A stretch of DNA of 64,000 nucleotides from Candidatus Obscuribacteraceae bacterium (lineage in GTDB: Bacteria > Cyanobacteriota > Vampirovibrionia > Obscuribacterales > Obscuribacteraceae): the NCBI GenBank assembly GCA_044226015.1, contig JBGAHS010000006.1:64001-128000 (forward strand). The letters run 5' to 3'. Positions 9,102 through 16,941 of this stretch are shown piece after piece. The translations under genes were made by a program, and so were the position numbers. The notes below the pieces were generated by a model. The model searched no databases, was not told where the DNA came from, and worked only from the letters and a program-made list of their open reading frames with translations. Each line of letters opens with the position of its first letter. Within the stretch, counting starts at the first letter, position 1.

Positions 9102-10073
9102 TTATGTGGCACCATATTGAACGCGATCAACTTGAATTGGTGCATCAAGTAATAACTTTATTGGAGTTCCAGATTGAATCACAACATCATGACCACGACG
9201 CAGTAGCAAGCTATCCGCCAAGCCGACGCCACCGCCTATGGCGGCACCAGACCAAGCTCCTCTTCCTGCACCTCTAGCCGCACCACTTCGGTTGGTGTAG
9301 TAGTTGACTGGCATCAACTGACTTCCCATACCAGGATATCCCATATTTGGATAGCCCATACCCATGCCAGGATATCCCATGCCAGGATATCCCATGTTTG
9401 GATAACCGACAGGAACAATAGCGGTTCGCAACTGAGGTTGAGGATTTCCCTTCCCCGCAATTGCACCGACTGCGGTGCCAAGAGCTGCACCTGCACCAGC
9501 GCCGATGGCGGATCGGACTAAAGCTTGTCCGACTTTAGTTCCAACGGTCTCACCATGCACGGTGCTGCTTCCCTCTGCCAGTTTATACTTGCCGATATTT
9601 CCGCTAATGTGTGCAGCCATTGGCAGTGACATTCCGCCCGGTGTTCTTAGATGATCGAATTTGACAGTCAATTCGCCGGATCGTCCGAGGAAACCTCCGG
9701 ACTTGGCGTTTTCGACATGTCCCTCAAGTACAGTGCCTGCAGGAATCTGACCATTGGCGGTAACTATTGCGTCGCTCAAAGTGGCCTGAACTAGATCACC
9801 GGCTTTGGCAGCCTGCGTGGAAATAGACGTTTGAAGTGAGGCTGATAACATCATGCCGGCTGGCACGTAGCATTGAGTTAATTGCGGAACCGGAGATGGT
9901 GAAGTGTAATTATTGCTTGGCGGGAGATAGGAGCTGCCGCCTGCAGGTGGACTATAAGTAGTGGATGGTGGAATGTAGGAGCTGCCACCGCTATAGGACT
10001 GCGCTAGCGCTGAGGCAGGCATCAATAAGGCTGTTGCAGCCAACAACACAAAAGGAATAGGATTAGAGTTCAT
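9102..10073 (-). CDS. Exported VirB10/TrbI-like beta-barrel domain protein with glycine zipper and GYPxM repeats
   Basis: Signal peptide (..ASALA-Q). VPAGMMLSASLQTSIST..AGDLVQATL..IPAGTVLEGHV..G.LTVKFD and DVVIQSGTPIKLLLDAPI are typical of TrbI/VirB10-like C-terminal domains. Contains GAGAGAALGTAVGAIAG zippers. Confidence 0.7.
   Translation of the reverse strand: MNSNPIPFVLLAATALLMPASALAQSYSGGSSYIPPSTTYSPPAGGSSYLPPSNNYTSPSPVPQLTQCYVPAGMMLSASLQTSISTQAAKAGDLVQATLSDAIVTANGQIPAGTVLEGHVENAKSGGFLGRSGELTVKFDHLRTPGGMSLPMAAHISGNIGKYKLAEGSSTVHGETVGTKVGQALVRSAIGAGAGAALGTAVGAIAGKGNPQPQLRTAIVPVGYPNMGYPGMGYPGMGMGYPNMGYPGMGSQLMPVNYYTNRSGAARGAGRGAWSGAAIGGGVGLADSLLLRRGHDVVIQSGTPIKLLLDAPIQVDRVQYGAT
9324..9407 (-). 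repeat. Coding 15-bp tandem repeat (GYP[N/G]M x5)
   Basis: Near-identical ccaggatatcccat(g/a) units; protein GYPNMGYPGMGYPGMGMGYPNMGYPGMG. Confidence 0.9.
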
Positions 10074-10115
10074 ACGCGCCTCATTCTTGTCTGAGAACTA
10101 ACAACTGTTCTGACT

Positions 10116-10140
10116 GACGAAGAGCAACAAAAAGTGTTTC
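10116..10140 (-). promoter_or_regulatory. Putative ECF-sigma-type promoter GAAAC-N16-CGTC
   Basis: The minus strand reads GAAAC actttttgttgctctt CGTC, 42 bp upstream of the ATG at 10073. It has the same spacing as the site at 38795-38819. Confidence 0.4.
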
Positions 10141-10582
10141 ATCGAAAATGCTTGTTTAACTGCTAGTTAACAAGATTGTTTTCAAGGGAATGTCACTCTC
10201 AAAGATGCTGGGAACATTTTGAGTGATCATGGAAAACAGCCTGTGCTGCTGATTTCGCTGGTAGCATATCTACTAAATTCGCTCTGCGCTTAAAAAGATG
10301 AAGACTATCGTATCTAAAAATGCTCTAGAGTTTGACAGCATAGCTTTGAGAATTTATACGCGAAAAAGTGTATAAGCGCCATTCCTGAAAAATTAGATTT
10401 GGGCTTGGTGCTACTGTCACTATGACCAGTCATAGACGAAACTGTTGGCAGTAAATCGTTTCGAGGAAATTCGAAGTAGTCTGTAAAAGTGCCAGGGTTC
10501 AAAAATACCACAATTGAAAAATATACTTTGATGTATCCGATCGTTGATGAGGCTGGCTCAAACACACGAAAAGGTATAAAAG

Positions 10583-13500
10583 ATGGCAGAAATAGAGAGA
10601 CTAGCAAAGGACGATGAAGAGAAAAAAGCTAACCAAGCCTCTTCTGATCTCAACTCTCAATACGATTTCAGCAGGTTCAGCTCGGAGAATGGCGGCTTAC
10701 CTTTTGGCAGCTCCCGAGTAGACAGAGTAGCTGATTCATTGCCTTCTTTAAATATAGATTCAGCGGCGATAAATAAACAATCGGCAGAGCACTGGAGTTT
10801 CAACAATAGCTCAGAGATGTTAGATCGCATTTTAAGTGGTTCGTCTTTGTTTACTCATGAAAATGGCTCCAAGAAGAGCGCTGAGCGTGTTCCGAGCGAT
10901 AGAACAGGCGCTGTTGAAGACGGTAAAATTCCTAGCAAAGTAATTCTTATAAATACTGATAATCGGTCGAATTCCAAATCAGCGAATGATGCAAAACCAT
11001 CTGAAGCAGGCAAGGATTCAAGCGTCCCTAAGTCAGATGCCGGCGATTCAAAAAATGACAGTGCAGAGAAGAAAGGACCAGTTAAGCTTCCCCAAGAAAA
11101 ATTCGATACCCAAGACATCAAAAAGGCCTTTCAAATAGCCAAAGAAAACAATCTTCCCGTCATAGTATACAAGGGAGCAAATTTCTGCGGAAACTGTCCA
11201 CCAGTCAGTCACGCCATCGACAAACTAGCTGACGACATCAAAAAATCACCAAATACCGAAGCTGTTGTTTTGAAACTTAATTGGGAAAAAGCGCAGGAGA
11301 TTAGCAAGAAGGATCCTGAATTAGGAAAGCTCATTGAAGAGATAATGCCGCTTAGCGGAAGTTCCTTCCCCGATGTGAAAGTGTATAACCCGAATGACAC
11401 CACGAAGCCACTAAAAGATTCCAATCGTTATGGAGGAGACGCTGAATTCCTGAAGAGCCTTATAAAGGTAGGGCAGGATTCGTTTGCTCAAGCTCAAGCT
11501 GAAAAGCCGAAAGAAAAGTCTAATGACTCAAAGCCGGAACCAGGTATCAGAGGCAACTCAGACACTAAAGTTGAACCAAAACCAATCTGGACCAAGCCTT
11601 CAGATAGCAGCACGAATGTTTTTCCTAAGCCGGTCATAGATGGACTCACTGATAGAAGTTCTGTCTCAAGATCCTCCGACACGCAGCACCAGGGACCTTC
11701 AAGTCTTCCCGACCTGTCCTTGAGCACCGTCGACAGCAAAGCTGTAAAACTTGATGATGGAACTTATAAGCGTGACGACCAGGGTCGTGTGACGGAAACG
11801 ATTTCTGCCGATGGTAAAACGAAACGTTCATTTAAATATGAGGATGCTGCTAATCCAAATCGAATTACCTCTGAAACCATAAACGACAAAACCACCTACA
11901 AATTCATTGGAACTTGCAAGGTCAATAATCAGCCTCACAAAATTGATGGAAAAGAAGATAACAGCTACTCCATATATGAAGATGGCAAACTAGTCGGAAA
12001 CTGGTCCGGAGTTCGCGATATCAGTCCAAATGGTGTTTACGCCTTCAAGGACGATAAGATGCAGAACATCGAATATCGCGATGCTTCTGGTCAAAAGTTG
12101 AGTGATGAAGAGCGGCAGCATAGAGATCAGGGAGGAATTTGGCCCAGCGAATTCCAAGTTGCTACCGACAATGGCAGCAAGCTTCACGCTAAGTTGAACG
12201 GAAATCGTTTGGAATCTCTAACTGAGACAAAGAGTGAAAACGGTCAAGAAAAGCAAATTGCATGGAGCCGCAAAGGAGATTTGTGGACTTCCAATGAAAG
12301 TCCAGCTAGAGAGCGTAAGAATCTCACCGTTGATAAGCAAGGTAATATTCGCTACGACTCTGTTGATGGTGCAATTAAGCATGAGCTACTAAGAGACGGA
12401 AATAGAACAGAAACAAATCGGGACGGCATTCGTACTACGTTCAATAAATCTGAGCAGCTCTCTGAAGTTCGTCAGGCGAATGGTGATACTAAAACACTCA
12501 ATTATGACGGAACATCTCTAGTCTCTATCAACGAGAAAATTGCTGGAACTGAGAAGCAGTGGAAGCGAACTGCTGGAACTGATGATTGGTCTGATGGTCA
12601 AAAGACTGAAACAAGGAGAGACATCGAGACCAGACCCGATGGTTCCATCAGATACAAGAATGCTGACGGACAGGCAGTAACTGAGGCAAGTGACCAGGCT
12701 CGTATTACATCAGATGATCAGAACCGCCCCATAAAGGTTGAGTATCCCAGTGGCAGCACAAGAAGCTTCGACTACACAAATGGACAATTGAATTCGTTTA
12801 CAGACAAATTGATTGTCGCTGGTAAGGAGCAAACTAGCACTTGGACCAGAAATGGTGCTACAGGTGAGTTCACCAGTCCTGGTGCCAATGGGACTACGAA
12901 ATCTCGCAGTGACATCAATGTAAGTGCAAATGGTGATTATTCCTATAAGAGCTCTGATGGAAAGGATCACAAAAACCGTGCCTATGATCTGGAACGCCAG
13001 GCTCGTGGCGAAATAATTGTCGGCTCAGAATCTGTTCAAGAAGCAAGGGACAATTTCATCGAACTTGCAAGAGAACGGGGCTTAAAGGCTGAACGATACG
13101 AAAAATACTTGAATCAGCTCGATGCAACATCCAAAAATTATGGAAGCACTCCAGCACAGATCGGCAAAGCATTAGACAGCCTGTCTTCGATTCTCGAAGC
13201 CGACAAAGGTAAGTATCATTCGCGTGCCGAACTAGACAATCTTGTAGAAACTGCTTTGCACAACATCGCTTACCCAGCTGATATTGATCAAGGTTACCAT
13301 CCAACCTGCAATGTAACTACAACTGAAATTTTTGCTGCTGCCAAACATCCAGATAAGTATGCTGAGCTCTTAAAACAAGTTGCGCTGACTGGCGAGTATA
13401 TGACCTCTTTGGGCAAGGCAGTACATCCTCCAGAAAATGCTCTTAAGCCAGGGCGTGACGAGAAGAATTACAATCCAGACGAAACAAACCCTCAAATCAA

Positions 13501-14098
13501 TAAGCGAAATTTTGCCAGCCAGATCTATCAGATGACAACAATCAATGGTGTATACGAGTTGGGAATCCACAGCTCAGAGAAGGACGGCAAAGATAGCGGT
13601 ACCAGATATGTTATGGGCGAAGTGCGTAGCAAAAAGATTCCTAATGGATCTGTTGACCTCGGTGAAGATCTTCTCGTAGATAAGAATGGAAAGATGATGA
13701 CGAGGAAAAATGGAGAGAGCATAGACGGTCCAGAATTCATCCAAGATGACAACGTCACAGCCGCGAAAATGGTGACTGGTGAAACCATGCCTTATCTGGA
13801 AGCACCATATTCTCTGCAAGGTGAAACTAAGAAGCACTACGACTTACCTACATCTGAACGCCTCCAAAAAGCCAAGGCAGAAGGTAAGTTCCCTCTCGGA
13901 GTTTCCACAATGGATGGAAATCACGTACAAACAATTCACGACGTTGTAGTTGACTCCAAAGGTTCAACCTGGGTTCTTCTGGATAATCAACATGGAAAGG
14001 CGAAAGATGGATGGGTTCCTCTTTCTGATCTCCACAAAACTCAGAGTTCTGATCTTGAGTTAGAACCGAAGCGAAGACCATCAGAACGTCCGCAATAG
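10583..14098 (+). CDS. Multidomain toxin-like protein: polar leader, thioredoxin domain (CGNC), YD/RHS-like repeats, C-terminal papain/calpain-like cysteine protease
   Basis: AKENNLPVIVYKGANFCGNC...SFP matches the Trx fold. YKRDDQGRVTETISADG and DDQNRPIKVEYPSGSTRSFDY are YD-like. DIDQGYHPTC (C909), GNHVQTI (H1114) and VLLDNQHG (N1135) form a papain-type Q/C/H/N set. Confidence 0.75.
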   Translation: MAEIERLAKDDEEKKANQASSDLNSQYDFSRFSSENGGLPFGSSRVDRVADSLPSLNIDSAAINKQSAEHWSFNNSSEMLDRILSGSSLFTHENGSKKSAERVPSDRTGAVEDGKIPSKVILINTDNRSNSKSANDAKPSEAGKDSSVPKSDAGDSKNDSAEKKGPVKLPQEKFDTQDIKKAFQIAKENNLPVIVYKGANFCGNCPPVSHAIDKLADDIKKSPNTEAVVLKLNWEKAQEISKKDPELGKLIEEIMPLSGSSFPDVKVYNPNDTTKPLKDSNRYGGDAEFLKSLIKVGQDSFAQAQAEKPKEKSNDSKPEPGIRGNSDTKVEPKPIWTKPSDSSTNVFPKPVIDGLTDRSSVSRSSDTQHQGPSSLPDLSLSTVDSKAVKLDDGTYKRDDQGRVTETISADGKTKRSFKYEDAANPNRITSETINDKTTYKFIGTCKVNNQPHKIDGKEDNSYSIYEDGKLVGNWSGVRDISPNGVYAFKDDKMQNIEYRDASGQKLSDEERQHRDQGGIWPSEFQVATDNGSKLHAKLNGNRLESLTETKSENGQEKQIAWSRKGDLWTSNESPARERKNLTVDKQGNIRYDSVDGAIKHELLRDGNRTETNRDGIRTTFNKSEQLSEVRQANGDTKTLNYDGTSLVSINEKIAGTEKQWKRTAGTDDWSDGQKTETRRDIETRPDGSIRYKNADGQAVTEASDQARITSDDQNRPIKVEYPSGSTRSFDYTNGQLNSFTDKLIVAGKEQTSTWTRNGATGEFTSPGANGTTKSRSDINVSANGDYSYKSSDGKDHKNRAYDLERQARGEIIVGSESVQEARDNFIELARERGLKAERYEKYLNQLDATSKNYGSTPAQIGKALDSLSSILEADKGKYHSRAELDNLVETALHNIAYPADIDQGYHPTCNVTTTEIFAAAKHPDKYAELLKQVALTGEYMTSLGKAVHPPENALKPGRDEKNYNPDETNPQINKRNFASQIYQMTTINGVYELGIHSSEKDGKDSGTRYVMGEVRSKKIPNGSVDLGEDLLVDKNGKMMTRKNGESIDGPEFIQDDNVTAAKMVTGETMPYLEAPYSLQGETKKHYDLPTSERLQKAKAEGKFPLGVSTMDGNHVQTIHDVVVDSKGSTWVLLDNQHGKAKDGWVPLSDLHKTQSSDLELEPKRRPSERPQ

Positions 14099-14217
14099 TT
14101 TCTGTATGCAGAAAACTATTTGATTCTTGGTCTGTCAATTGAAGGCGGCTTCAAACTTAAGTGCTGAGAGGACTGTCCGTGCCTGCGGGTAGGATCGACC
14201 TGCATTTGCGTCCAGTC

Positions 14218-14988
14218 CTAACCGCCATGCGTGAATGGGCACACCCAACTTGAGTGTGAGCCGCCGCATTTTGAACAGTAATGTTCTGTAGCTGGTGTAT
14301 CGTTGTGAGGATACATTCCCGGCGGGGGGATTCCTTTGGGCTGATGGCGATAGAAGTCGGCATTTAGCTGTTTCATTGTGCCATTGCGCTTTTGGATCTC
14401 GTTCAAACAAGACGTCTTGAGCTGATTTGCTGCGGTGTTGTAAGAGCTATTTGCCATGCCGAGTACTCGGTCGCATTCCATAATTGAGTTTTGCAGTGGT
14501 TGAAAATTGAACTGGTTTGGAATGCTACTATTGATGCCCAGTCGGTTTGCTAGAGCAGCCGTCATTCCTGTAGCGGGCAAAGAAGACTCTGTCTTGTACA
14601 AAACTGCAATCTGGTAATGCCATTTTGGATTTTGCGGATCCCAATTGGAGAGTGAGCTCAGCAATCTTTTTTCCGCTTCAATAAGTTTGCTGCAAGATGA
14701 ATAGTCCTTCTTTGCCAACGAAGCTTTGAGCTTTGTGTCTATTAAGTCTGCTTTGCTGCTGGCTATCTGTATGAAGTAGCTTCCAGTCTGCTGCGAAGAA
14801 CGCATAAGCGTGCAAGCTTCAACTATTCTGTTGGCTCCCATCTCATAGTCATTCTGTTGAAAGAAAGTTTCTGCCTCAAGCAATCGGCGTTCTGCCATCG
14901 CATCGGTTCGTGATTGGGCAGAAGCTTCTGCTGAGTTAAGCAGAAGAACAAATAAAGCACACAGAACTCGAAGCAAATTATTCTTCAT
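14218..14988 (-). CDS. Exported helical (TPR-like) protein with C-terminal C-x2-C-x3-H-x4-C zinc-knuckle-like motif
   Basis: Signal peptide MKNNLLRVLCALFVLLLNSAEASA-Q; C-terminus YCSKCGGSHSSWVCP. The ORF track start is TTG 14997. Confidence 0.65.
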   Translation of the reverse strand: MKNNLLRVLCALFVLLLNSAEASAQSRTDAMAERRLLEAETFFQQNDYEMGANRIVEACTLMRSSQQTGSYFIQIASSKADLIDTKLKASLAKKDYSSCSKLIEAEKRLLSSLSNWDPQNPKWHYQIAVLYKTESSLPATGMTAALANRLGINSSIPNQFNFQPLQNSIMECDRVLGMANSSYNTAANQLKTSCLNEIQKRNGTMKQLNADFYRHQPKGIPPPGMYPHNDTPATEHYCSKCGGSHSSWVCPFTHGG

Positions 14989-15030
14989 TTCTTTCAACTT
15001 TAGGAGAGCAAATCTGGTGTGTTCAGCACA

Positions 15031-16191
15031 TCAGTTTGATTTTCTTGTTTTTGGCAATATGAATGAACGTCCGGTATCAGTTGTTACCTGTTCATAATCT
15101 GGATCGACTTCGCTCCATTTTTTCTTGATATCGCCATGAATTTCGGAGACTCTTCCGTTGATGATGAATGTGTTAGTGCTAAGTCTTGGATTCCAGACCT
15201 TGTCTCCGGTCTTTTCATAGAGAGCTTTCGGTACTTCCATTTCAACTCTATGAGATGTCGTCAGATTGGTCAGATGCTTAGTCCAGTCAAAAGTGAAACT
15301 GGAATTGCTTATCTCTACATCAACAAAATATCTGTTCATCGGTTGCCTGGCAACAATCTTCATATCCGAGATTGGCTTTTCAGAGATATATGTGTGAGTT
15401 GAGCCAGCATAAGGCGTATCTAAAAGCGTTCGCCCCTGTCTTTGAAGTTCAGCTTTTAATTCGTTGTACAAAGGCGCAGTAAGATTGTGAGGCTTGTTTT
15501 GTCCATCGACCCAATTGTAATTTTTCTCAATCCGTTTGTCTGATACAGAGACGCTATAGCTGCCGTACTTATCGTTTAGAAGCGCACCCATAACATCGAA
15601 CTTTGTCGATAGCGTTTGACCCTTTTGATATTTATCAAACTGCCTTTCGCCAACCAACGTTGTTCTATACTCGGCTTTAGCTGCGTTTTCAACATGTTCC
15701 CAGAAGTCCAGTGAGTAGCTGGTTTTCTGCATTTTCAAATCAACGAGGTACATGCGTTCTTCGTTGAGTTCTTGGGCATTTTTCACTACGTCTTCATAAT
15801 TCTTACTTGCGAAATCATCATTGACTGATTTAATCATTCTGTCATTCGGTGATGCGCTCGCTTTGGCATTAAAAGCATCCATATCTTTTGAACTGATGCC
15901 TTTGCTGTCCGAGAATACGAGAAAGCCCGATTCATCTCGATTGAGTCGCTGTATCTCTCTAGCGTTTTTGCTTAAGGCGTCTGCTTGTCTGTATTCACGG
16001 CTGATTTGATTGAACTGAGTTCTGAAACTGTCCAGTTCTCTGCCGCTTACAAATCCATTTTTGTCAGTATCGATTTTATCTTTGTTGTTGTCGTAAAAGG
16101 ATTTGAGGCTTTTCGCTGATAGAGCTTCATCTTCCAAATTCAAAATTGGTTTGGAAGGTGAGACAGCGGTTCTGCTAGATAATCCATCCAT
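15031..16191 (-). CDS. EF-hand protein with two copies of an uncharacterised ~75-aa domain
   Basis: Canonical EF loop DTDKNGFVSGRE (aa 41-52). Internal repeat YLVDLKMQKTSYSLDFWEHVEN (aa 148-) / YFVDVEISNSSFTFDWTKHLTN (aa 288-). Confidence 0.7.
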   Translation of the reverse strand: MDGLSSRTAVSPSKPILNLEDEALSAKSLKSFYDNNKDKIDTDKNGFVSGRELDSFRTQFNQISREYRQADALSKNAREIQRLNRDESGFLVFSDSKGISSKDMDAFNAKASASPNDRMIKSVNDDFASKNYEDVVKNAQELNEERMYLVDLKMQKTSYSLDFWEHVENAAKAEYRTTLVGERQFDKYQKGQTLSTKFDVMGALLNDKYGSYSVSVSDKRIEKNYNWVDGQNKPHNLTAPLYNELKAELQRQGRTLLDTPYAGSTHTYISEKPISDMKIVARQPMNRYFVDVEISNSSFTFDWTKHLTNLTTSHRVEMEVPKALYEKTGDKVWNPRLSTNTFIINGRVSEIHGDIKKKWSEVDPDYEQVTTDTGRSFILPKTRKSN

Positions 16192-16537
16192 GCTTCTTTT
16201 CCCTCATCGATTCAACAAACGATGTGCAAAATTTATCCGCGCTCAAGTTTCCAAACTATACGTGAAATACGCACGAAAGGTCGCGAATGCTCTGAAACAC
16301 GGAAAACCCATAATCTGCAAGCTATTAAACTTAGTAAATAACTTGAGGCGCTGTTACATTACTATCAAACAACCCTGCATTGTTAACGAGCGCTTAGCTT
16401 TGCTGCGCGGAGCTAAAGCGTTTTCCCCACAAATTCCTCACGCAGTCCTAAGGTTTTGTTCGCTTTTGGGACGCAATTACTCACAAGTTCCTCAGCTAAA
16501 AACGGTTTACTAAGAGTATCAGCACGAGGACAGGACA

Positions 16538-16879
16538 ATGAAATTTATAGCAGTATTGATGACTTTAACCGTTTTGGCTTTCTTTCCTATGGCTGCTTCA
16601 GCCCAGGGGTTCGGAAACAGTTTGAACATCAATTTGAATGACGCTATGGTGATGCAACGCAATCAGCAAATGTCTGAACTCTTGAATAATCCAAATACAG
16701 CATCGCTCTTCACGCACAAGAAGCACCATCAAAAGCGCGATAAGAAGAACAAGGACGCGATGGTAGCAAAAATGAATGGCGATGACAGCACGAACGCTAA
16801 GGTCCCGGTTCTCAAAGGCTCTGTTGAAACCGACTCCGTGCAAATCAGTCACAATGTCGACCTTCCAGCAGGAAACTAG
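16538..16879 (+). CDS. Small secreted hypothetical protein
   Basis: RBS (GAGGA/AGGA), signal peptide MKFIAVLMTLTVLAFFPMAASA-Q, followed by a terminator. Confidence 0.75.
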   Translation: MKFIAVLMTLTVLAFFPMAASAQGFGNSLNINLNDAMVMQRNQQMSELLNNPNTASLFTHKKHHQKRDKKNKDAMVAKMNGDDSTNAKVPVLKGSVETDSVQISHNVDLPAGN

Positions 16880-16903
16880 GTTCCCTCTTGCTAGAAGTTA
16901 GGC

Positions 16904-16941
16904 TAAAAGCAGGCAACAGTGCAGTGCGTTGCCTGCTTTTA
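16904..16941. terminator. Bidirectional intrinsic terminator
   Basis: Perfect 14-bp inverted repeat TAAAAGCAGGCAAC / GTTGCCTGCTTTTA between convergent genes; it overlaps the yfhO-like stop codon. Confidence 0.85.

Noticed and set aside
9324..9407. CRISPR-like repeats
   Set aside because: These are in-frame coding tandem repeats with no spacers and no cas genes; the same applies to 32070-32153 and 46201-46332.
14239..14277. c-type heme-binding motif
   Set aside because: The sequence is CSKCGGSH, not CxxCH.
14218..14988. Immunity gene for the YD-protease protein
   Set aside because: It is convergent rather than co-transcribed, and no supporting motif is present.
16103..16513. 136-aa plus-strand ORF
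   Set aside because: It overlaps the start and promoter region of the EF-hand gene, has a TTG start and has no protein-like features.
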